A model generated the notes under the pieces. The model ran no database searches. It was not told where the DNA came from and saw only the letters and a program-made list of their open reading frames with translations. Shown here in pieces: positions 18,756 through 25,972 of a stretch of 32,000 nucleotides of DNA. Position numbers and translations under genes: made by a program. Every line of letters begins with the position of its first letter. Position 1 is the stretch's first letter. Where the stretch lies: contig JALDRA010000001.1 in NCBI GenBank assembly GCA_031316235.1, positions 3,720,001 to 3,752,000 of the forward strand, written 5' to 3'. Origin of the DNA: Candidatus Scalindua sp. GTDB taxonomy: Bacteria; Planctomycetota; Brocadiia; Brocadiales; Scalinduaceae.

Positions 18756-19640
18756 TTACTTTATATAAATGGGAATTGCCCTGGAGTTTCCTTTGTCAAT
18801 GAGCTTACCACTCTTCTTTAATCGTACATTGACTTGTATTTTTCCCTTGCCAGGAGCAGCATCAGCTGGGATGGTGGCATCGTTGAACACAAAATAATGG
18901 TGCCCAGGGCCGTTTCTCGTTCGCTGCCTGCCCAGGGGAAATATTTTCTTATTATGATCGACTAAACTGTAGAATTGCCACACACTATACTCAAGGTTAT
19001 TTTCATCTATTATAGTGCACATATCATGAATGGTTAAACCGTCACCTGGACTAAATTCACCAAAAAATTGACCACCAAAAGTAGCGCTCCATACCTGATC
19101 AATCACTACCATACCAATAGGCGCTTCATATTCGATAAAATAACCATTCCGCATTACCGGTTGATTAATCGACGTATCATTCCACTGCCCAAATGATTCG
19201 TGAGAAAATCCCATATAATCCTCCTCACCATCCTCAACGCCCATTCCTGGCCAGTCATTTGGTTCAGGAACGACATTCCCCAGCCACCAATTACTATAAC
19301 TCCAAGTTTCATCTGTTACCCACTGCCAACCATCGCCTGTGTTCTTCTGACCAGGAAGTTGATAACCACCTAGCCAAAATCCTTTTCCTGCTTGCCCTTG
19401 CAGGAAGTTAGTCACCAAGAAAGCGTTTTCCTCATCAGAAGTAATAGTTGCTAAGTGCCCTTGTAAACTATTAAAAGTTTTAGAAGTGGCTGCATCTCTT
19501 GCTTCATTCCAGTTTTTACTCTCAAATATCAAATCATACCAATGTCCGTTATTACTCCATTGTATCGGTGCGGCAAATGAATAAATATTAAAACCAAATA
19601 CTATTGCGGGTACAATGAATAAAATAAGTACTTTTTTCAT
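18756..19640 (-). CDS. Secreted C-type lectin domain protein (294 aa)
   Basis: Signal peptide MKKVLILFIVPAIVFGFNIYSFA with RBS AGGAGG. The CTLD pattern reads W..A......GHLATITSDEENAFL...FWLGG...GWQWVTDETWSYSNW...EPND...GQWND...YFIEYE. The C-terminal ~115 aa are unassigned. Confidence 0.85.
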   Translation of the reverse strand: MKKVLILFIVPAIVFGFNIYSFAAPIQWSNNGHWYDLIFESKNWNEARDAATSKTFNSLQGHLATITSDEENAFLVTNFLQGQAGKGFWLGGYQLPGQKNTGDGWQWVTDETWSYSNWWLGNVVPEPNDWPGMGVEDGEEDYMGFSHESFGQWNDTSINQPVMRNGYFIEYEAPIGMVVIDQVWSATFGGQFFGEFSPGDGLTIHDMCTIIDENNLEYSVWQFYSLVDHNKKIFPLGRQRTRNGPGHHYFVFNDATIPADAAPGKGKIQVNVRLKKSGKLIDKGNSRAIPIYIK

Positions 19641-19726
19641 TAGTTACTCCTCCTTTTTAATCTTGAAATAGTTAAAAAGATATTTGGCTGCCGCTTTTTG
19701 GTGGCCACCAGGTAGATTCCCAGTTA

Positions 19727-19763
19727 CTGAATAACACAACTATTGAAATGATATCCAAATAAA
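19727..19763 (+). repeat. Intergenic repeat R4, copy 1 (37 bp)
   Basis: CTGAATAACACAACTATTGAAATGATATCCAAATAAA. Confidence 0.65.
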
Positions 19764-19799
19764 TTGAGTTTCTAAAGAAACTACCACAAATCTAACAAA

Positions 19800-19822
19800 A
19801 GTCAATATAACAAACTACGACA
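19800..19822 (-). promoter_or_regulatory. Shared upstream motif copy P3 (TGTCGTAGTTTGTTATATTGACT), upstream of the lectin gene
   Basis: Contains TTGACT. A 16-nt spacer leads to TAGTTT. It lies 160 nt upstream of the ATG. Confidence 0.45.
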
Positions 19823-20031
19823 GCTTAAAATACATCAATTATAACTACTTGATAACGTGGGACTGTCTATATTGTGTGAGTATTTCCACTGGATGCTTGT
19901 TGCGATGCAATCCCAATTAGAGGAGGTTTCGGTTAGCTTCAGGCGGGGAGATGTGCCTGGCTCCCTGTGTGTGTATTTGTATACATGCTAGTCACAGTTC
20001 GAGCAAAATAAAAGGGTTTCTGAATTATATT

Positions 20032-20091
20032 AAAACAACAGATAATGGTTCCTGATTATAATCTGAATATCAATCAACCATAAATCATTAG
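20032..20091 (+). repeat. Intergenic repeat R3, copy 1 (60 bp)
   Basis: AAAACAACAGATAATGGTTCCTGATTATAATCTGAATATCAATCAACCATAAATCATTAG. Confidence 0.7.
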
Positions 20092-20094
20092 TCA

Positions 20095-20237
20095 AGTAGG
20101 GTAGGCATTGCCTACCGTCATGTATAGTAAGATGAGAAATTTATAGGGTGTGAATTATTGAAATGGGTATAACTATTTTAATAATTCACAATTTATTGTG
20201 TTGGTGGTTTTTATTGGCAGGCATTGCCTGCCCTACT
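20095..20237. repeat. REP doublet (REPIN-like): two inverted GTAG-headed palindromic units flanking 99 bp
   Basis: AGTAGGGTAGGCATTGCCTACC (20095-20116) and its inverted partner GGCAGGCATTGCCTGCCCTACT (20216-20237). Each unit is itself a near-palindrome. Confidence 0.6.
20137..20199 (+). repeat. Intergenic repeat R2, copy 1 (63 bp)
   Basis: AAATTTATAGGGTGTGAATTATTGAAATGGGTATAACTATTTTAATAATTCACAATTTATTGT. It contains a GTGAATTATT/AATAATTCAC hairpin. Confidence 0.7.
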
Positions 20238-20345
20238 CGACTGGCCGGAGAAAATCATACAATTGCCAACAAGAGAAATGCTGCTATAACTATAATTTTT
20301 CCTGATCTTGACACCATTTTACTACCCTCCCACCTGTTTCTTCAT

Positions 20346-21896
20346 TCACTGAGTCTGATACGTATAATCCACATATTTCCATGTACCGCTCTTAAACCAG
20401 AGGCGGACATACAGATTCTTTCCATTCAGGGGTATCCCTGATACTGTTGCTGATGTATTGAGATACTGATTTTGACTATAAACGTCTCCATATGGTGTCC
20501 TATCGAGTGATTCGAATGATGTTCCAACTGCCAGCCAGTACTGAGTAACATTGGTACCGGGATCCCACTCAAAGGTAACTGTTCCCGTTGTTAAGGTTAA
20601 GTCTGGTGCCGGATTCATAATCACTGGCGGGTTTAAAACAACTTCAGGCCATGTTCCTGAAAGTTCATATGTGTCAGTTGTGTCATGAACACCGTTGACA
20701 CCAAACGTTTTTATCAGATACGTTCCTGAAGCAGTGGCATCATATGTGATAGTCTCTGTCTGGCAACCATCAAGGGTTGAAGAATCAAGTTTCACACCAT
20801 TTGCATCATAAAGCTCAAGATTATAATTCAGACATGAGGTTTGAGGTGGCTTCATATTGAGCGTGATAGTTCCGGCACTTCCTACCTCTATCTTAAACCA
20901 GTCTATATCAATACTGTTACATATCCTTGCATTATACTTGTTGCCTGATGTGAGAAATCCATAGGCTTGAGTGGAAGTTTCATTTGGTTCATACGGGTCG
21001 GTACAACCCTCAGTCTGGTAGGTATAGTCTACATGTTCCCACTTGTCACCATCTTTATACCATAGTCGTACATAGAGTGTATTTCCGTTTAATGGTATAG
21101 TGGGCACGGTGGCAGATGTTGATATACCCTGGTTACGGCTGTAAACATCTCCGTATGGGGTATTATCCAGTGCAGCAATGCTTGTCCCGATAGATAACCA
21201 GTATTGACTAACGCCGCTGTCTGCGCTCCACTCAAAGGTAGAGGTAGATGTTGTTATTTGAGATCCTTTTGTTGGACTTGTCATATTGGGTATACCATTA
21301 CCGCTTAATGGTACATTTAGGATGCTAGTATCAGGATCATTGGATGGTATTGACAGATCAGCACTCTTTGCACCCAATGATGATGGTGAGAATAGCGCCT
21401 CTACAGTACAACTACCTGAAGGTGAAATTGTTTGCCCGGAACAGTTGACATTCTTAATAGCGAAATCATTTTTATCTACACCAGTTATACTAATTGTATC
21501 AATTAGAAGGTCTACATCTCCTGTATTTGAAATAATAAATACTTGTGGTATAGATGAGGAGCCTACATCTACAGAACCAAAATTGTAAGAGGTTGGAGAA
21601 ATAAGAATATCAGGTTCGGGGATGGGCAATTCTGTGGCAAGATATATCTCAACAAATTTGCTCCCATCAGGATAATTAGTAAATCTAGTATAAGCAATAG
21701 AATCGCTATAGAGCGAAGGTTCCCCGTCTTCTACAGAGTTATCAGTGACCTGAGTTATTTTAGATCCATCCCAGTAGAATATCTCTTCGTCATTCCCATC
21801 CCAACCACTCCAAGCTATTGTTCCTTTATAGAGTGAGGGAGGCAGGTCTTTTACTGAGTTTTTAGTTATTTGAGTAATAATATTTCCATCCCAGTA
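20346..21896 (-). pseudogene. Same-frame continuation of the repeat protein: two more repeats, choice-of-anchor-D-like domain, two copies of a ~75-aa domain, PPC (pre-peptidase C-terminal) domain
   Basis: Own translation directly after the TAA gives YWDGNIITQITKNSVKDLPPSLYKGTIAW..., with no stop until 20346. The track's M at 21629 is a TTG (Leu in ATELPIPEPD), so there is no independent start. PPC motif DPYEPNETSTQAY...DIDWFKIEV. Confidence 0.8.
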
Positions 21897-22550
21897 TTAT
21901 ATTTCCCAAGAGTCCGGTCCACTAGAAAATGGAACAATGCTCATCCATGCAACCTTTCCATCGTAAAGGGATGGCCATACGTTCCACAAAGAGCTACTTG
22001 ATATTTGTGTAGTTGTAGAGCCGCCCCAGTATAGAAGCTGTTTATCTTGTCCATATTCTACTGCCCACGCAATCGTTCCGTTGTAGAGTGACGGGTCTGA
22101 ATTAGGAAATGAATTTCTGGATATATTTTTTGTCGTAGAACCATTCCAGTATAATATCTCGTTGTTACTACGCCACGCAATCGTTCCGTTGTAGAGAGAA
22201 GGTTCCCGATCAATCAAGGAGTTGTTAGTAATCTGTATTGTTCTAGAGCCATCCCAATAGTATATCTCACTGTTGAATCCAAAACCGCTACTCCATGCAA
22301 TCGTTCCGTTATAGAGTGAAGGTTTAGACTCATCCACAGAATTGTTAGTTATCTGCGTAGTGGTAAAACCATCCCAGAAGAATAACTCTAAATCGTCCCC
22401 ATCCGAAGCTAGCCAAGCAATCTGACCATTATGGTGTGAAGGACCGACCTTTAACACATTGTTATTAGTTATCGGTGTATTGGTGACTGCATACGCCGTA
22501 GAGCAAATAAGTAAAAATGTTATAAGTATGAACCACAAAAGTCCCAGCAT
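21897..22550 (-). CDS. N-terminal part of a secreted repeat (propeller-like) protein, ending at a premature in-frame TAA
   Basis: Signal peptide MLGLLWFILITFLLICSTAYA. It has five copies of a ~45-aa repeat (..YWDG..TTQITNNS....PSLYNGTIAW). The stop at 21899-21897 falls inside the repeat consensus (EI*YWDG versus EIYYWDG). Confidence 0.8.
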   Translation of the reverse strand: MLGLLWFILITFLLICSTAYAVTNTPITNNNVLKVGPSHHNGQIAWLASDGDDLELFFWDGFTTTQITNNSVDESKPSLYNGTIAWSSGFGFNSEIYYWDGSRTIQITNNSLIDREPSLYNGTIAWRSNNEILYWNGSTTKNISRNSFPNSDPSLYNGTIAWAVEYGQDKQLLYWGGSTTTQISSSSLWNVWPSLYDGKVAWMSIVPFSSGPDSWEI

Positions 22551-22737
22551 AATACATGCACTTTTATTGTTTTTTGCAATGCATCTCCGATGTCCGACTA
22601 TAATTGTAGTCCTCCTATCCTTGAAAAGGCCTGTTTAAAAACATATATGTGGACTCCAGACCACTCAGGGCGCCATTTTCGGATACCATTAACTTAATCT
22701 AAAATAATTCCAGAAGAATAGAAAAAGATATTGTGTT

Positions 22738-22760
22738 TGTCAATAGGACAGAGTATGACA
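22738..22760 (-). promoter_or_regulatory. Shared upstream motif copy P4 (TGTCATACTCTGTCCTATTGACA), upstream of the propeller/PPC gene
   Basis: Contains TTGACA. A 17-nt spacer leads to TATTCT. It lies 188 nt upstream of ATG 22550. Confidence 0.5.
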
Positions 22761-22844
22761 CGACATGAAATATTAACAGGTTTTGCGGAGAGAAACGTCA
22801 GGTTGAAACACTTGTTTGGACACAATTAAGAGAATATCATCTTG

Positions 22845-23348
22845 TTATTTCAGCATTTTCTCAATTAATTCCCATCTGTTTTCAAAATGAGAAATGTGGC
22901 TCGGGGCAATGGCAGTGTGCAATGAGTCCCATCTCTTGGGTCTCACTCCATTATGTTTAGCAAGGTACTCTGAATGGTTTCGAAAAATTATATCTGCCAA
23001 CTCCGGCCAGGTGCAAATAAAAAACTTGTCAGATCCATAATTATCAAGCTGAACAAAAACAAATACAAGATTCTCAACTGGTGAAGGAAGACATTTCCCA
23101 ACTATTTGAACATGATCTTTGAATTTGATTTCCACAAATTGATCAGCTCTAGCAAACTGCCAGGTTAAACCACTGATTGTTTTAACTTGAACAGATATGT
23201 GGTTACCTTTGTCTGTGGAAGCAATTATATCATAGTGCGGGACATTTCCCGTAAAAGTGGTTGCTATTAATCCACGTCTGGAAAGTTCAGAAGCGACGAG
23301 ATACTCACCTGTCTGTCCGACCAGCTTGTTTTGCCTTCCTGTTGCCAT
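22845..23348 (-). CDS. Hypothetical protein, PD-(D/E)xK nuclease-like N-terminal core (167 aa)
   Basis: Pattern GEYLVASELSRRGL...YDIIA...ISVQVKT resembles the E / D / (E/Q)xK arrangement of restriction-endonuclease-fold proteins. This is motif-level only. Confidence 0.45.
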   Translation of the reverse strand: MATGRQNKLVGQTGEYLVASELSRRGLIATTFTGNVPHYDIIASTDKGNHISVQVKTISGLTWQFARADQFVEIKFKDHVQIVGKCLPSPVENLVFVFVQLDNYGSDKFFICTWPELADIIFRNHSEYLAKHNGVRPKRWDSLHTAIAPSHISHFENRWELIEKMLK

Positions 23349-23446
23349 TCTACTATAGGCTAAACCTTACCCAACATTTAAATATATATAAACTATGATA
23401 TCCGTAATATACAGATTCCGTATATTTTGAATAGCATGACAAATTT

Positions 23447-23483
23447 CTGAATAACACAACTGTTACAATGATATCAAAATAAA
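23447..23483 (+). repeat. Intergenic repeat R4, copy 2 (37 bp)
   Basis: CTGAATAACACAACTGTTACAATGATATCAAAATAAA. Confidence 0.65.
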
Positions 23484-23500
23484 CCTGTATTCCAATTAGA

Positions 23501-23560
23501 AAAACAACAGATATGGTTTCCTGATTTTAATCTGAATATCAATCAACCATAAATCATTAG
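23501..23560 (+). repeat. Intergenic repeat R3, copy 2 (60 bp); a third partial copy lies at 30763-30782
   Basis: AAAACAACAGATATGGTTTCCTGATTTTAATCTGAATATCAATCAACCATAAATCATTAG. Confidence 0.7.
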
Positions 23561-23602
23561 CGTTTCATTATGAGAAAGGGAGTTTAATTTCACGACAAAG
23601 AC

Positions 23603-23989
23603 CTATAAGGTGGTCCCATGTAAAGACTGATTTTCTTCAAGTAATTCTTGAATGTACCTACCCATCTCCTGAAGCAAATCAGCGTTAATCTTATTAGTCT
23701 GTTCCTTGAACTGTAATTTCTCAGGTGTGAGAGAGTTAAAATCTTCCTTCGCCTCAAGAGAAATTTTCCTTGCCACCTCTATATCAATTTTTGTGGTTTC
23801 TACAACATCAGGCAGTGATTGCAATAACTCTTGTGTCTTTTGCTCTATTAACTGCTGGTTCTCTTTCTTTATTTGTCTGATCCTTTGCCCTGAGACATTG
23901 AAATCTGCTGCTATTGTATTTGATGGTTCACCGATGGAAAGACGACCAATGATTTCTTCCTTAATGCAAGGGTTTGCTAGTTTTGTCAT
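23603..23989 (-). CDS. Hypothetical HTH-domain protein (128 aa) with coiled-coil tail
   Basis: The N-terminus IIGRLSIGEPSNTIAADFNVSGQRIRQIKK looks like a helix-turn-helix. RBS AAGGAG lies 8 nt upstream of the ATG. Confidence 0.5.
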   Translation of the reverse strand: MTKLANPCIKEEIIGRLSIGEPSNTIAADFNVSGQRIRQIKKENQQLIEQKTQELLQSLPDVVETTKIDIEVARKISLEAKEDFNSLTPEKLQFKEQTNKINADLLQEMGRYIQELLEENQSLHGTTL

Positions 23990-24180
23990 ATTTTAACTCC
24001 TTGGATTATGCAGTTTTCCACTGTAGTCAAATTGTAGTCAACTCCAGCGGAATCATTAGGACTCAACCGGAATCAACAGGAAAAGCAATAAGTTTTAACT
24101 CGTTTTACAACAAAGTGATAGCGACATAACAAACACGATATCAGGCATTTACGGGATATGTTAAAAATGCCCTGCCCTCA

Positions 24181-24226
24181 CTCGACAAGCAAGGGGTCAC
24201 TGGTTCGAGTCCAGTATCGCCCATAT
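24181..24226 (+). repeat. tRNA 3'-half-like direct repeat, copy 1 (att-like)
   Basis: CTCGACAAGCAAGGGGTCACTGGTTCGAGTCCAGTATCGCCCATAT. T-arm is ACTGG-TTCGAGT-CCAGT, followed by 7-nt acceptor strand ATCGCCC and discriminator A. No matching 5' half (GGGCGAT...) lies upstream. Confidence 0.8.
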
Positions 24227-24264
24227 TGTTACGATAAGCGAAAGTGTAAGGCTGTAGAATAATT

Positions 24265-24606
24265 TTAATACTCAAATAGCTTGGGTAACTTCTCATTAAC
24301 TTCAACTTCCATTTGGGATGATAAATTTCCTAATTCACGCTGAATTAATGAGGTTGTAACAGTCATAAGCCGATGCAATCTAATTGCTGATGATACATGT
24401 AAACCGGTTACGCTAAAATCATCCCTTTTAGAATAAATAAATATATCTGTTTTTAATATCTCATTTGGAATTGTGCTGGTGATAAATGCCAGAACAACAT
24501 GTTTGTGTGAACCAATTGGATTGGTCAAGCAGACAGCAGGGCGTAATTTAGCTGATGATAAGTCATCAAATGGGAAAGGTACCAAGACAATTTTACCCTT
24601 TATCAT
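24265..24606 (-). CDS. mazF: PemK/MazF-family type II toxin (113 aa)
   Basis: MIKGKIVLVPFPFDDLSSAKLRPAVCLT... is the MazF/PemK signature. ATG 24606 overlaps the antitoxin 3' end by 14 nt. The longer track ORF start at 24708 is unlikely. Confidence 0.85.
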   Translation of the reverse strand: MIKGKIVLVPFPFDDLSSAKLRPAVCLTNPIGSHKHVVLAFITSTIPNEILKTDIFIYSKRDDFSVTGLHVSSAIRLHRLMTVTTSLIQRELGNLSSQMEVEVNEKLPKLFEY

Positions 24607-24847
24607 GGAATGGTTTGCCATCCTCCCTGGTATAAATATCTTCTTCTGGTTCTTTGAGAAAATCAAATGCTGGATTTGAGGCTGCGGTTTTAAGCCATTC
24701 TGTTTCACCTATATCGGACTCTTCTGGCAACAAAATTATAACTCGTACTTTAGTTTTTTCTGCAATAGGAAGCATTTCATCAAGAACAAGCCGATGCTGC
24801 TCGTCAATGATTCCAGTTGTTTCTATTGCTTTCACTGTGTTATCCAT
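24593..24847 (-). CDS. Cognate antitoxin (84 aa)
   Basis: Small acidic protein directly upstream of and overlapping the MazF-like toxin. The C-terminal ...NPAFDFLKEPEEDIYTREDGKPFHDKG resembles antitoxins paired with PemK toxins. Confidence 0.7.
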   Translation of the reverse strand: MDNTVKAIETTGIIDEQHRLVLDEMLPIAEKTKVRVIILLPEESDIGETEWLKTAASNPAFDFLKEPEEDIYTREDGKPFHDKG

Positions 24848-25137
24848 GATTTTACCTTTCTATCCGTTACAATATTGAGAGCGTGTGTTAAATGGTAAAG
24901 ATTGGTATTGATCGGTTCATTTACTTATTCAACCAAACGACTGAACTAATCTGCACCAATACGAAAACAGAAATTCTCTTATTTTTCATATTAGAACAAA
25001 TCTAATACGACTGTCAAGTAAGCAATTCAAAACAGGCCAAAACAGGGAGTAAATAATCATCCCCACTTTGGTCATAAACCTAAGTAACACAAAGCAGATA
25101 GAACCAGACTGAAAAACTCTACTGCTTCTTTCTCCTG

Positions 25138-25183
25138 CTCGACAAGCAAGGGGTCACTGGTTCGAGTCCAGTATCGCCCATAT
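25138..25183 (+). repeat. tRNA 3'-half-like direct repeat, copy 2 (att-like)
   Basis: 46/46 identical to 24181-24226 and 957 bp downstream. Flanks on both sides are unrelated. Confidence 0.8.
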
Positions 25184-25334
25184 AACTTACCTGAGATATA
25201 TTGATGAGCAGTCTGTTTGATTATTTTTGTCGGGAGATAAATGTGTAAGTTTGCCCAGAGGGTGTTGCTGGAGACGCTGCTGCCAGCCAGCTGCGATGAA
25301 GTGGTTCAAGTATGTGGAAGAAGGCTATCTTAAG

Positions 25335-25584
25335 CTATTCACCTTTCAAATTTCGGAATTGATCAACAGTCGATCCTGCAGCATTTAAAATAGCCTTTAA
25401 GGTTTTGCGTTTTGTTATCTTTCCTGCATGTATAGGCACATTAGTTCTTCGTTTATCACTAGCTCTTTTGTAAATGGCATGACTGCTTCCGGACTGGCGG
25501 ATAAAATAAAATGAAATACTATAGACTCTAAGACCTTGACGACCTCTTTTGAACTAAAACGGCAGGGTATCTCCTGGATGTCAT
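25335..25584 (-). pseudogene. hicA: hicA-like toxin pseudogene (two frameshifts)
   Basis: Three-frame reading recovers M..RRYPAV / FSSKEVVKVLESIVFHFI / RQSGSSHAIYKRASDKRRTNVPIHAGKITKRKTLKAILNAAGSTVDQFRNLKGE. The frame breaks at an A4/T4 run (25556-25559) and at a tandem 5-bp duplication (25503-25512). The ATG overlaps the hicB TGA. Confidence 0.7.
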
Positions 25585-25814
25585 ACTGCTACCTTTAATG
25601 AGGTTATAGTAAACTCGTCATCGGGTATCTTTTCCCCATCCTTTAAATAATCTTTTATAAAGGCATTTATAGTTTTTCTCATTTCAGACATAGTTTCTTC
25701 ATATGTATCTCCCTCTACATGGCAACCTTGAAAGACGGGGCACTGAGCAAAATACACACCCTCTTCACAAGGTTCCACAATAACAGCAAAACTGTATGTT
25801 TTATCTTTGCTTAT
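25581..25814 (-). CDS. hicB: HicB-like antitoxin, probably start-codon-defective
   Basis: ...KTYSFAVIVEPCEEGVYFAQCPVFQGCHVEGDTYEETMSEMRKTINAFIKDYL matches the HicB N-domain pattern. There is no in-frame ATG. SD AAGGAG (25829-25824) is followed 9 nt later by ATA (25814). The only canonical start is an internal GTG at 25778, which would remove the first beta-strand. Confidence 0.6.
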   Translation of the reverse strand: MSKDKTYSFAVIVEPCEEGVYFAQCPVFQGCHVEGDTYEETMSEMRKTINAFIKDYLKDGEKIPDDEFTITSLKVAV

Positions 25815-25870
25815 TGTGATTATCTCCTTAATCGTTAAAAGTTTTTTGAAATGGGTATAACTGCAATCAA

Positions 25871-25916
25871 GATTTGATTTCCGGTAAAACCGAAAACCAA
25901 ATCGGTTTTAGTATAT
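25871..25916 (+). repeat. Hairpin repeat family, copy a
   Basis: GATTTGATTTCCGGTAAAACCGAAAACCAAATCGGTTTTAGTATAT. It forms a 15-bp stem with an AAA loop and two mismatched pairs. Confidence 0.75.
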
Positions 25917-25972
25917 GAGCAAAAGCGGTATTTACACATAATGCCAATCGCTTTCCTTATTCATGGCCTGAC

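Noticed and set aside
18756-19640. Diversity-generating retroelement targeting the C-type lectin gene
   Set aside because: I saw no template-repeat copy of the gene's 3' end nearby and no DGR-type reverse transcriptase. The only RT-related sequence is a distant group II maturase stump.
20163-20441. 92-aa plus-strand ORF (MGITILIIHNLLCWWFLLAGIACPT...)
   Set aside because: It reads through repeat R2 and a REP unit, then runs antisense into the 3' end of the PPC gene. This is a typical repeat-derived spurious ORF.
21897-21899. TAA reassignment or readthrough code, suggested by in-frame TAAs here and at 26266-26268
   Set aside because: TAA is used as a genuine terminator by well-supported genes in the same window, for example hsdR and the antitoxin at 24593. 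Two isolated nonsense lesions in a decaying region are the simpler explanation.
24100-24226. Intact tRNA gene at the first T-arm/acceptor sequence
   Set aside because: No complementary 5' acceptor strand (GGGCGAT), D-arm or plausible 7-nt anticodon loop lies upstream of either copy. Only the 3' half is present.
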